A stretch of DNA of 64,000 nucleotides from Eutreptiella sp. 'Long Island Sound 2002'. Its lineage: Eukaryota > Protista > Euglenida. The DNA lies in contig OZ038379.1 of the NCBI GenBank assembly GCA_964036045.1, positions 66,898,001 to 66,962,000 of the forward strand, in the 5' to 3' direction. Shown here one piece after another: positions 12,893 through 24,400 of this stretch (positions are counted from its first letter, which is position 1; every line of letters begins with the position of its first letter). The notes beneath the pieces are model-generated. The model worked only from the letters and a program-made list of their open reading frames with translations, was not told the origin of the DNA and did no database searches. The translations under genes were made by a program, and so were the position numbers.

Positions 12893-14010
12893 CCTGAGGA
12901 CATCGGTTCTCCCCACTGCTTGGAGCCGGGACTGAAACTAACAAAGAACCCAAACTGTGTGTTTCTGTCTGACTGACTGCTTGGCCTGGCTAACTTACTG
13001 ATTGACTGACTGTCAGCCTCTCTTCCAAGTGCATTGCCGAAGGCAATAGAATTTTACTGTCTTTCTCCTCTTGCCTCCCATTCTCTCCCTTGAAGGGGGG
13101 GCATAAGGGGAGGCTGGTGCATGCACCCGGTACAACTATACGCATGTTTTCAAAACAGGTTGGATGTGTTCGTCAGGCAGACAAACAGTGTGCACGGAAC
13201 CTTCCAAAGGCTCACCCCTGTTTGCAAGGCCGTCCACAAAGAGCCTAAGGAACAGATTCGCACGAGGGCGTGTGGCTCTGGTATTTTGTTTGTTGCATCT
13301 GCCACCCTCCAGAGTGCTCTCACTGAAGATGGGGGGTGGGGGCACCAGCTCGCCGAACTCAAACAAAAGCACGGTGTCAGCCATAATTCAGGTTGGTCAA
13401 AGTTCCTTCCGCACAAATGTTGAAAGTCCACACGTGCTGCTTACTTTCTCCTATGACACATTTTTGGGCAGTTTCTCAGCTAATTTGTAGTTTGTTGTTG
13501 GGGGCCTCACTGACTGCTTGTGGGCACAGGTATGACAGTGAAATGGGGGTTCCTGGAGGGTGCCGTTGAGCCTCTGCTTCTGTAATGTGCAGGTGCTGCA
13601 GATCAATTTTGCAAGGCGGTGGGGCTCTTGGCCGCGCCACTGGAGGAGCTGAGTGCTGAGCAGGTCTGTGATGTGTCTGGTTTCTGCCATTGCTCTTCAC
13701 ACCGATGATGTCATAGGGCTCAATCAGGCCATTGCTACGTGGCTGGTTGATACTATACTGAGGCGGGGTCTGAGGGTGGGTGGGTGGGTTTGTCTGGTTT
13801 TTCCCCGGTTTTGGGGGAAATGCAGGTACCCCGGACGGGGAAGGGGGTCCGCTTTTTCGGGTGGGTGGGTGGGTTGCTGAGCTTGGTAGACCATGGAATT
13901 GCTGCCTGCATTTGTGTTCTTGTGGCAGGCGTTGGTTGTGCATTAACAAACAATTCATGAAAAAACAAGATTTCCATCAGGTTGACCACTGTATAGCAGG
14001 TGCTTAAAAT

Positions 14011-14096
14011 GTGTACAGTGGGATTTGAACCAATATCTTTCAATTGACAGACCAGTGGTTATAGACCAGTGCCATGACCACTGGGTCATCGACATT
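14011..14096 (-). pseudogene. tRNA-derived (SINE-head-like) sequence with internal duplication
   Basis: Minus strand: TGACCCAGTGG (A-box-like), ACTGGTCT duplicated, GGTTCAAATCC (B-box), 3' CACTGTACAC. Confidence 0.5.
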
Positions 14097-14624
14097 GCCT
14101 GACATACGTGTGCTCAAGGATCATGTAGAGAAAAAATTTTCATCCAAAATTGCTCTGTGACCCCCCCCCCCCCCTCAGGGTGTCCAGCCGGTGGGTGGGT
14201 GGGTCTGAGGGTGGGTGGGTGGGTCAGTCAAAACCCCGGGAGGGCCAGTTTAACACCCCCCTGGCCTGGGCTCAATCTCTCTCTTGGCGGCCAATCGACC
14301 AAAGCCACCTTGAACTGAACTGAAAGATGAAATGAGCCAGCCGTGGAGGAATGAGGAGGGATGAAGCTGGGGGTGTGAAGTCCCCCCCAACGGCCCGATT
14401 TCTATTCTGAGACCACAGTTTGCCGTATGGGTGCATCTGCTTCATCTATGTGGTTTTCGTGCGGTATGTCCACAGCTCCCCTGTGTGTGTGCAGGTGACA
14501 GAGTTTATGCAAAGCCTGCGGCCCAGTGAGCTTCGTAGCCGTGTAAATGGTTTCGTCATCTCAGGCCGAGAGGTTTGTGCAGTTGTCTATCTGAGTGAGT
14601 GGATCCATGTGGTATTGTGATGCA

Positions 14625-14770
14625 GATACAACAACAATCGCAACGACAATGACGACGGCAACAATCACAGCTGCTGCAGCAACAGCAACAGCAATCACAA
14701 TCGCAATGCTAACCGCGAACACACACCCAACACCGACACCAACACCAACACCAACACCAACACCAACATA
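14625..14770. repeat. Degenerate (ACA/GCA)n and (CCAACA)n microsatellite
   Basis: acaacaacaatcgcaacgacaatgacg... then (caccaa) x ~6. Confidence 0.8.
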
Positions 14771-16508
14771 GATTGCATGCGTAGTGTACGGCATCAACCA
14801 AGTGATGGTTATCAAGGGGGTGGCTTTTCTACGGTCATTTTCTGCAATAGTTGACACAAAATAGCTTTTGGGAGTGCACATGTGTACACTGAATTATGCA
14901 AACAGTCAGCGGACAATAGTGGCAGGGACAGGCATGTATACAGGAATGTATACGTTGTATGCCCACATGCTGACTACTGTGACTGCCCTTGGTACACGCT
15001 AGAAGACCCAATCTCGTTCTAGCCCAGATGGCGCTAGAAGGCTAGAACCGAAAAAAGTGGTGGTCCCCCCCCCCCCGTGGGGGTACGGGGTGGGTACTTT
15101 GAGGATTGTAACCTGGACCCCCCTATCCGTACTCGGGGGCCCATGATTTTTTCCACAATTTCACTGTTTTCACCTAAATTTGGAGTCAAAACTTTTTACG
15201 TTCTAGCGACGTTCTAGCGACGTTCTAGCGTGCGCCGCTAGAACGTCGCTAGAATGATACATATAAATGCTCCGCCACTCCTCAAAGAGAAGCTGCCCGG
15301 CTACCATGGCCAGCCGTGGCCAATCACAAGTTCGCGATGCTCGACCCAACTCACGGAGCACCGGGTTCCCAGCCCCAAGTTAGCCCGGTTAGCCCGGTTA
15401 GCCCCCCACCCCACCCCATAGGTCACTTGGAAGGTCACTTGGTGGGCCGGCGCCGGGTCACTTGGTGGTGGGTTAGCCCGATTAGCCCGGTTAGCCCGAT
15501 TAGCCCCTCTGCCCCCTAGGCCCCCTTTCGCGAGTCGCGACACGCACGCTACCCCTCCTGCGTGGTGGGGGGTTGCTGGGGTGCATCCTTGCTCCCGGCA
15601 CCCCCCTTCTCACCCCCCGTGTCCCCTTCCTTCCCACCCCCCCTTGTCATCCCCCTCCTCACCCCCCTTGTCACCCCCCTCCCCCTTGTCGTCACCCTAG
15701 TCCCCCTCGTCACCCCCGTCACCCCCGTCGTCCCCGTCGTCCCCCTGCTTCAAGGCCTCCCGGAGGTGGGCCTCCGCCTCCTCCCGGGTGCAGAAGAGGA
15801 GCTCCCCCGGCACCCGGAAAGTGCCCCCCTCTTTCTCCCGCTTCCTCTTCTTCCCCTTCTTCCCCTTTGCCCCCCGAGCAGCAGCAGGAGCAGCAACAGC
15901 TGGCGGAGCAGCAACAGGCGGAGCAGCAGCAGTAGCAGCAGCAGCAACACCAGCAGCGGGGCGAGGACACCCCCCCCAAAGGCCCCCAAGAAACCCAAGA
16001 AGCCCGACCACTTCGAGAGTAGCAAGGAGGAAGCCCCCCCCCCCCCCCGCACCCCACCCCCCTTGGACCCCTGCGACACCACCCACCAAGTCCCTCGGGT
16101 CCAGCTCCCCATCCCAATCCCCCAACACCATCACTTGGCTGACGGTCCCCCCATTGCCCCCCTCTGCCCAAGGGACATACCGGGTGTCCCCCACACCCGG
16201 CACACTCCCATAGGGGTCCCGGCCCCTATTCTCCAAGGGGGGAGGATGGGGTTTTTTGGGGGGGGGCTCCCCTCCCTCCCCCCCCACCCTCCCCCAACCC
16301 TGCGCCGCGGGTCCATGCCCCCCCCCCCCGCTCCTTCCCGCCTCCCACAACCCAACCCGTACATCACCGAGAGGGCCAAGCTGGGGTCATTCCCCAACAT
16401 CCGGCCCAACTCGGTGACCCCCACGAGGTGCCCCCCCCCCCCCCCCCAAACGCGCCACTCCACCCGCACCCCGTGGGGGTCGGCACCACACGACTGTAGG
16501 CTGATGAC

Positions 16509-16663
16509 CTGAGAAGGGAAACAATAGGCAGGTGTGTTCTAGCGACGTTCTAGGCAACTGTTCCAGTGACGTTCTAGCAATATTCTAGCGATGGCGGCGG
16601 TGGTTTGGCTAGATCAACGCTAGAATGCTTCCCTAGAATAACGCTAGAACGCACTCAGCATAC
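16509..16663 (-). other. 155-bp GT-AG intron containing a CTAGAAC hairpin cluster
   Basis: Minus strand ACG|GTATGCTGAGTGCGTTCTAGC...GCTAGAAC repeats...TTGTTTCCCTTCTCAG|GTCATC; phase 0; homologous to the 17956-18099 intron. Confidence 0.78.
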
Positions 16664-17955
16664 CGTGCCTTGCATGTCGAGGGTGGGGCAGATTGCCCCC
16701 AGGGTTTTGGCGGAGGCGTCCCGGGGGTTGGGGGGATGGGCTGTGGGGGTCTCCCGGTAGCCGGGGCTGCGGGGGTCTTGGGATTGGACTTGGGGCGGGA
16801 GGCGATTCCGTGCACCAATCCGGCATACGCCCCCCGGTTGGCGGCCGACAGGTCGAAGCCCCCAATCCCCATGATCTCCGACCACGTCGGGGACCACTCC
16901 CACGTCCTCCCAACACACTCCATACCCCTCAGTGCCATGGCCTTCCAACACATGCAAATGAAGCGCCAATGCCCCCCCCCCTTTTGACGTCGGGGGTGAA
17001 GATGTTGAATAGGGCCAATTCAAACATCTTCACCCCCTTGCTGGAAGGGGGGGCTGCTTGCCCCCTCTTCCTCCCGGGCATTTCCGGTTGCCACCACCAG
17101 TCTCCTGCAACCCCTCCCCCCCCACCACCCGCAGGGGTTTGTCCTGGTGGATCCCTCCCTCATCCGCCCACACCCACCTCCCCTGCCCCAACCATCTCCG
17201 ATGCACACGGTGCATCAAAAAACTGAGAATCGAAAATCGGACTCTCCGGGGGGACAAGGTTTGAGGGGTGGGGGCCAGTCGGGACGGCGGGGTCCCATGG
17301 CAGGTCCATGATGGCCCCCGCCGCCTGACCGCCCAAAAAACCCCTAAGCCACTCCCCCCTCCCCCATTACCTTCTCCTCCACCACCTTCTCCTCCACCTC
17401 CTCCTTCACCTTCTCCTCCACCATCTCCTCCACCTCCACGTCCACCACCTCATCCACCACCTCCTCCTTCACTTTCGCCTCCCGAGCCACCCATTCCTCC
17501 AACCGCTTGACGCTCCTCTCCAGCTGCCGCACATTGTCCTCCCCGTCCCGCACCTTCTACTGCGCCTTCTCGAGGTTGGCGGCGGCCCAACCCTCACGCT
17601 CCCCCTCCCCCCCAGCCCGCAACTCCTCCACCTTGCCCTCCCACGCCACCACCTTCGCCTTCGCCCTTGCCCTCGCCGCCCGCTTCGCCCGCACGGAACC
17701 GGAGAGCCTTTGCAGCTCCCCACGTATGCTCTCCAGTTTGTCCTCGTCCCCCTCCTCCACCTCCTCCACCACCGCCTCCGGCTTGACTGCCTTGGCTGAT
17801 TTCTTGGCGGCGCGGCGGTCGGGGGGTGGCAATGGAGGAGGAGGAAGTTGGGCTTGGCGTTGGGGCTTGGGCTTGGGTTGGGGTTTGGGCTTGGGCTCGG
17901 GCTAGGGGTGGCGTTGGCGGACCAGGTCGGCCAGCAACTCGGCGGTCTGGCGTGG

Positions 17956-18099
17956 CTAAGCAAAAAGCGGCAACGTTCTAGCGACGTTCTAGGGAACTGT
18001 TCTAGCGGCGTTCTAGCAACGTTCTAGCGACCGATCGTGCTGCCTAGATCAACATTAGCACGATTCCCGAGATCATTGCTAGAACGCACGACAAAATAC
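17956..18099 (-). other. 144-bp GT-AG intron containing a CTAGAAC hairpin cluster
   Basis: Minus strand CAG|GTATTTTGTCGTGCGTTCTAGC...GCTAGAACG repeats...TTTTTGCTTAG|CCACGC; phase 0. Confidence 0.8.
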
Positions 18100-18215
18100 C
18101 TGTTCCACTATCTGCTCGCTCAATTCCTACTGTGGGTCGGCGGACATGATGCTGAAGACGGTGTCCAAGGGAAGCCTGCATGTGGCCCAGGCCCCTCCTC
18201 ACCTCCATGGCATCC

Positions 18216-20100
18216 CTACCCGAGCATGGAACTTTTGACCGTGGCCCCCCTCTGCACTACCCATGACACGCTGAAGTATGCAAACAGCCATGTCATACAT
18301 TGTGCTTGCACACCGGCCTCCCTGTGGATGGCCGACCATTTACTCCCCGACACTTCATCCACCCCCTCCACCTGACAGCCCCCCCCCCCCCCCCGATGGC
18401 TGTGCTCATTGTGCCCATGTTTCCCAAAGCGGTTGATGCTTTGTGAAATGTCACCGCAGAACATGGCCAACCCAAATGGCCAAATGTTCTGCCACATGGC
18501 ATCTACATCATGCTCCATGCTCAGTAGATACCATGATTTGTACCAACAGTACAGTCACGGCGGAAATCATTTGCCACCGTGCCACATTTCAACGGGTTAG
18601 GGCCTTATATGTACAATAGAGGGCCTGCAGCAGGTTCCACGGGTTCGCGATGGCCTTGTACTTGGCCGAGCTCGGCCCGGTGCCAAGGCACCTAGCAATA
18701 TCCGGCCATGTCTCAAAGAAATTGGCCGTTTCTTCCCCGTCCGGGGAAGTTGACCCGTAAACGCCCCAACCTGCACGCCTCTCCCATAGGAGAACTTGCA
18801 AGTTTTTGACAAAGCGAAGGGGGGACCCCCCGAGCCTCCCGGTCGGCAAACCCCCCCAACAAAGGGCCCCTGGCCATCATCAAATGCAAATTGCACACGA
18901 CCACCCAGGCATGTGGCAATTTCAAAATCCGCTGCATACTGCAACCGGCGGCTTGCAAAGAAGGCGTCCCAAGGAGGAAGGCCGTGTAGTGCGCCTTATC
19001 ACCCTCCATGGTCCGCGGGATAGCACTACCGTCCCAAGTCTTCGTTTGGGCGTTCCATATCCCCTCGTTGCAAGTGGAGCCCACTTGGGGGCATGTGGAC
19101 ACCCCGATCACCCTCCGTGTCCACGGTTGATTCCCCCCGAGGATCACCTTTGCCTCCTCATCGGAGGCTACCCATTGGGCGAGCCCCGTGTCAATGATCT
19201 CTTGAATCACCTAAACACGAGACATTGGGGTTGGTTCATTTCGTTCTAGTCTAGTGTAGCCTAGCTTCTAGCGAGCGGTGTCCGAGGCTAACTAGAACAA
19301 AACTAGAACAAATGAAAGGCACTAGGTGAAAGGAGTACCTCCCAATTGCTCTACCACAACGTCCCAAGGGCGTCCACGGCCTTGTCATCGCAATTGGCCA
19401 TGCTCAACACCCAAAGGCCCGCTCGTGAGCGTGCCAAGCGGTCGAAGTTGGCCAAGGAGATGGTGAGTTTGGTCCAATTGCCCCCGGCCACGGGGTAGGC
19501 ATCCACCCGGACCATGAATGTCAACAGGAAAGAGCGATTGGTTGACCACACGAAGCCCGGCCGGGAGAGGATGTCCTTGACCCATGAGGCAAAGGGCCAT
19601 GAGATCCCGGTGGCCTTGGGCAACACTGTGGCGACAGGGGCATCCGATTCCACGGGGGCGACCAACTCCTTCCAACATGTTTGCATCACGCTCGCTGCAA
19701 ATTGGACGGGAGTAGGGGCCACCGGGGACGGTGTGGTGGTACTCCAACTGACGGAGCGTGTAGAGCGCCGAGACGAGTATTTGGGGGACCTCATGTTGAG
19801 CACAAGTTCACACATGGCGGTGGGGGGGAGTAGGGAGGCGGCGTATGCCTCAACAGCGTCTTTGCATGCCTCACCCGTGGTTTAGGTGGAAGTGGCGGTG
19901 TGCACATATTGGACGGCGTTGTTGAATTGCCGCCGTCTAGGGAGCATGATAGCTCCCACGTGGCCAAGGAATAACCCACACACTCATGAGGCTAGAAGCC
20001 CCACTCAAGTCCCGTAGTGCCTTAGACAAGAGGGGGGTATCCTTGCCGGTTGAGGAGGGAGCAAGGGGGGAAGTGGCGGGGCGCTTCATTGCAAAGAAAT
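18216..20100 (-). pseudogene. DDE transposase of the CMC/Chapaev/Transib-like group (stops and frameshifts)
   Basis: Ordered motifs: FLLTFMVRVDAYPV...WTKLTISLANF (first D); VIQEIIDTG...ILGG[N]QPWTRRVIG...CPQVGSTC (second-D position reads N, then Cys pair); VVVCNLHLMM (C/DxxH); SPDGEETANFF; WYLLSMEHDV...FCGDIS[Q]SINRFGKHG (third acidic position reads Q). This order parallels RAG1/Transib/Chapaev cores. Confidence 0.8.
19211..19338 (-). other. 128-bp GT-AG intron in the transposase gene containing a CTAG-motif hairpin cluster
   Basis: Minus strand GAG|GTACTC...CTCGTGTTTAG|GTGATT joins LGTLW*SNWE to VIQEIIDTG in phase 0. Confidence 0.75.
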
Positions 20101-20581
20101 GTGAAATATCTAAGCGGGAGAGAAGGGACCATGGCACAATGCACTATGGGCAATAGCAAGCATGCACGGCGGAACATTGAAGGAAAAGGCACTTTTTGGT
20201 GGCCAGTGTATCGTTCCAGTATTGATCCAATCTAGGCTAGAACATCTAGACTAGAAGTTCTAGGCTAGAACGAAATTGGGTCTTCTAGCGTGTACCAAGG
20301 GTGCTGTTGTTGCTGGTGTTGCTGCTGCTGTTGTTTTTGCTTTGAAATCAAAATTTCATGCCTAAAATAAGAGGGCTGCAAAGCTTATACCCCCCATAAC
20401 CAGGGCTTGATGGGCTACAGAATTGAGATGTAAGCAAACCTAAAAAGTTGTTTGTGTAGGCCGCAAAAATGGGAGGAAGCGGGAAAAAGGGGCGTGAAAA
20501 TGGGGAAAGAAGGAAAGCTGAGGCATGATATTGGATGTCTAACCCCTTTTACAATCATCAATTTCTGCAACCAAACGAGCA

Positions 20582-20950
20582 CCCAATGGATTTTTTATTT
20601 TCATCCCTCTATCCCCGTGAAGCTGGATACCGAGTTTAAGGGGTGGGTGTGTAGGGACGGGGGGTGCAAAAGTCTGTGCTTGGAAGCGATTGAGCCACGG
20701 TCGGGTAAAACAACTCATTAGCTCACCAACTTGTGTGCCAAGCTGACCAACGTGCGCACCAACAGTCGCTAGCCGGGATTCCAACCGGAGCTCAGTGAGT
20801 TATCAGGCGAATATTTTACCACTCCACCATTGATCGTTTGTGCTGAAATATTGTTCCACACTGCTTATAGCTGTAGAGTGCCACCCAAAACAGCCAAACC
20901 GTGTGTTTCTTCGTGCCTATCTGCCTGCCTACTTGCCTGACTGACTACTT
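20582..20950. repeat. Second, more diverged copy of the dispersed repeat seen at ~12575-13020, with a degenerate tRNA-like head on the minus strand
   Basis: CCCAATGGATTTTTT...CCCT(T/C)TATCCCC...CTGGATA(T/C)C is shared with 12577-12625. Minus strand AAGCAGTGTGGA...TGGTGGAGTGGTAA...GGTTGGAATCCCGG aligns with the 12820-12927 arm. Both are followed by GTGTGTTTCT...(CTGA/CCTG)n. Confidence 0.55.
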
Positions 20951-21173
20951 GTTCCTCACAAAATGCCTGGTCTCCACTGCTTGTAGCTGTACGTTGCCAC
21001 GACAACAACCCAACCTATGTCTTTGTGCACGCTTGCGTGCCCGCCTGCCTGACTACCTCAGTGACGGCTTGCCTGCTTGACCGACTAATTCGCTGACCGT
21101 CAATCTCATGGACCGACTCTAGTGTCCCTTCGACGTGCCTTGCCCATGGTCAAAGCATTTTTTTAGGGGGCTA

Positions 21174-21740
21174 CATGGAAGGTAATTTTGGCTAATACCC
21201 ATTGTTCAACCTCCTATTGCTATTGAGGTTAACCAACTCAGACGGAACATTGTGCTTTGTAGTACACCCCGGGCTATGCTGGCTATGCTACACTCAATGT
21301 AGGGTGTTGTGTGACCATCTAGCCTCTATGAGGTACAAGGGTTTTTTTTGGTAGTTCAACGTGACCTACGAGTGTCATTACGATAATGGAGCACGATGGG
21401 AAGTGTGTCGCGGCATCGGAATGGCACAAACCAAGGAGGAACCACAATATGCCTGAATTGTGTTTTGCTTTGTTCGTAAAACATGGAAGGTAATTTCGGC
21501 TAATATCCATTGTTCAACCTCCTATTGCTATTGAGGTTAACCAACCCAGACGGAACATTGTGCTTTGTACTACACCCGGGGCTATGTTGGCTATGCTGCA
21601 CTCAATGTAGGGTGTTGTGTGACCATGTAGCCTCTGTGAGGTACAAGGGTCTTTTTTGGTAGTTCAACGTGACCTACGAGTGTCATTACAATGATGGAGC
21701 ACGATGGGAAGTGTGTGGCGGCATCAGAATGGCACAAACC
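21174..21740. repeat. 308-bp tandem duplication (~1.8 copies)
   Basis: CATGGAAGGTAATTT(T/C)GGCTAATA at 21174 and 21482, with ~90% identity continuing to ATGGCACAAACC. Confidence 0.9.
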
Positions 21741-23299
21741 CCTGGTCTCTTCCTATGGTGCCCAATGGCCCCATTGATGCATTGGCATTGTATTTGGATG
21801 TGCATGTCATGTTGCCCAAGCTTGTCAAAGTTGCCTTGCGCACTCTTTTGATTCTTCACACATATGTGGATGTGACATTGGAACATCAAATTGGCACACT
21901 ATTTTTCAGTATGACCATTATTGTACCTACCATGTCCACCGGCAAAGCTCCCCATCATCTTATGCCTTGCTTTTGTGTGCTTCACCCTCGTATTGTCCAC
22001 CTCCCCGAGTGTTGGAACCCCCACGCAACTCCATGCCAGCCCCACGGTTGAAAGTGTGCTATGGGCAGGGGATTTGGGGCCGTTCTGGAGAGCGCTCACC
22101 CCCGGTCTTCCACTACCCCCCCCCCCCATCTTCCTACCCACCCCGCTTTTCTCCCTTTTTTTATTTTCCCCCTCAAAACAAGACCCATAGGCAAGGACAC
22201 CATGACACCCTACATCATGTGTTGGTGCACCACCCTCCCAACTGTTGGATCGCCCCGCACACACATGAACACGGCCTCGTTTCTTCATGCTTGCTCAATG
22301 GGAGGGGGGGGTGGACCTTGACCGGGCATTGGGGGGAAAGGAGTTGCTCCCTTTTCTTTACCAAAGCAACTGTGTATGTTGTGCGCCGCATAATTTTTCT
22401 TGGAGCTAATGCGAGTAGAAAGAGCAATCATACCATCGTGGATTTGTTTCCGATACACACCAGTACTAGAAAAGCGGCGGCAACCCACGTAATGGCATTT
22501 TCTACGACAAAAAACCCATAGGATTGTACGATTTTTATTGTTCTCACGGTTCGCGCAACATAAAGATTCAGGCGCCGTTAGGTTTCTTGGAGTTTGCGTT
22601 TATTGCAAAAAAGATAACGGCTGACGATGTTTTTCGTTCGTGTAATTACCGCGGAAACAAAAGTGCATGACAAACCATTTTTTTGTACTCGCGGACGGAG
22701 CAAAAAATATTTTTGTGCGCTGTACAACAAAAAGAAAATTAGTGGCCACTAGCCACGTGTAATTTTGTACCGCTTTGGTTACCTCCAAGACGGGAGTGGT
22801 GATCTGGCTCTTTTCCCCACATGTCGGCGCCAAGACAGGGGGGTCCCCAAAGCGGGGACCAACTAAAAGCGGTTGCCCATCCCTTGCTGCCTTGGGGGCC
22901 CACATGTGACCAAAATGGGTACATGACACTTGCCGTCTTGGGAGCCCATACAATGCTATAGGTTAGGTAGCCACTTAGCTTTCGTCCCCTTTTCACCGAC
23001 CCCTCAAATATCCGCCCTTGGTTAGCTAGTTTGCCCACATGTATGTCCCCATGACGTCAGTTGCTATGTAATGATTTTGCCCACATATGGGCTTGCAGGA
23101 CAGCAGCGGTAATATCGACATTTTGCCCGCAAGTGTGGCCCCTAGCGATAGCGCTTCAATCGCTTCCTGCACCAGCTTCTGAAAAAATGCTTGTCCCTAC
23201 CGGCACAAAGCATCTGTCACCTATAGTGGCGAGTCGTCTTGTGCATCATCCATCTCTCCTTGCACATCGACAATTTTGTCGGAATTCCGTCTAAAGGTG

Positions 23300-24400
23300 T
23301 GACCCTCTGCCCTGAGGTCCGTGGACCACTGGCTTTTGAATGTGTCGCATTTCTCCTTCTTGGGGAATTCAAGTCAAATCGTGTTAGGGCCTTTTGTCAT
23401 TGCAAAAGGGTTAATTTCCTTTTGTAGTGACTCCTCAATGAGCATTGCATACAAATAGCAACAATTGTTTTCTCTGCTTGTGTGTAGATATCCTCCACCA
23501 TTAATTTGTCATCAACAAAGTCTGGCCCATAGAATGTGGCCATCCTTAGAAATTCATCAGTAGATATTCAATGTCAACCGTATCCGGCTTCATGAAACCG
23601 GTTCCACTTTTATATCGATCACTCGGGAAGACCCCCATGGAGGTACGTGTCTCCATTGACAAACATCTGTCAAAGCATTTTTGTATATGTTCACCACCCA
23701 CATTTCCTTTCGTGGATACCACCTTTGTAGACACATCTTGTGGTTGTTCTCTTGGCCCCAGCATCCGCGCCGTTACTGCCTACGTGTAGATTATACATCC
23801 ATAAGGATGCTTGTATGTCGGTCTCTTCTCACCCACGTTGGTCTGCATCGATCGCTCCTCTTCTTTCAGCCACCAAACTGGCTAGGCCATTTTTGTGATT
23901 GAGGGGTCACGCTCAATCAACATGTTAGCGTCGATGTGTTTCAATGTCTTTTCTATGAACTGTTCTTGATGGCATCCTTTATTCACACAATGGCATACTC
24001 TACAAAGCTCTCTCCTCCATCACAAAAAGAACCTTCAATGGTTTAAATGATGGAAAGCAATTTTTCATTTTCTCATTTTCCCATTGTTGCATGATGTTGG
24101 CTCTAACATGCTTTCACGCTGCAGCTTGCTGGAGGTTCGGCCACTTCATGAATTGAATGTCGCAATTGAACTCATTCAAGTGCACAGAACATTTGAATTG
24201 CTTCTCCTAGTGTGCATGGAAGTGGACAGTGGATATTTGCTTTTGTGGTTGGGAAGCGGTTTTCGTCCATATTCCTGGACGAAACCAAACAAAGCGTCCC
24301 ACTTCTCGCCCACTACATCGTGCGCAAATCGTGTTAGCTTGCATTACGGATATTGTTGCATCAAAGATCGCTTGCTAGTGGTGGTGGTGGTTATAATGGT
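23300..24400 (-). pseudogene. Decayed ORF of unknown function
   Basis: A minus-strand frame with scattered stops reads QAIFDATISVMQANTICARC... and KWNRFHEAGYG*H*ISTDEFLRMATFYGPDFVDDKLMVEDIYTQAEKTIVAICMQC; protein-like composition, family not recognised. Confidence 0.35.

Larger units (their letters stand above)
12683..12927. repeat. 245-bp imperfect palindrome with perfect 19-bp outer inverted repeats enclosing two convergent tRNA-like heads
   Basis: GGCTCCAAGCAGTGGGGAG (12683-12701) is the exact reverse complement of CTCCCCACTGCTTGGAGCC (12909-12927). The inner arms are tRNA-like on opposite strands. Confidence 0.8.
15600..18147 (-). pseudogene. Second (accessory, TnpA-position) gene of element A: coiled-coil and low-complexity protein, three exons
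   Basis: Exon 1 18147-18100 MSADPQ*ELSEQIVEQ splices in phase 0 to PRQTAELLADLVRQ...PEPKPKP...acidic/basic coiled coil (17955-17340). Later ...CPTLDMQGT splices to VISLQSCGADPHGVRVEWRVW (from 16508). C-terminal KKGKKRKREKEGGTFRVPGELLFCTREEAEAHLREALKQ plus a G/D-rich tail. Confidence 0.65.
14986..20301 (-). mobile_element. Full-length 5316-bp TIR DNA transposon, CMC (CACTA/Mirage/Chapaev)-like, 2-bp TSD TG (element A)
   Basis: Left end CCCTTGGTACACGCTAGAAGACCCAATCTCGTTCTAGCCCAGA matches the reverse complement of the right end at 41/43. TG flanks both ends (14984-85, 20302-03). Many CTAGAAC/GTTCTAG subterminal motifs; internal DDE transposase remnant. Confidence 0.92.

Noticed and set aside
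15562-16512. 316-aa plus-strand Pro/Ser-rich ORF and similar GC-rich shadow ORFs (11529-12053, 57637-58662)
   Set aside because: Antisense shadows of low-complexity minus-strand coding sequence or poly-C tracts.
21300-21380. GTRVFLVVQR resembling the last strand of a TET/JBP or prolyl-hydroxylase domain
   Set aside because: No HxD or distal His in frame, and several stops; too short to support.
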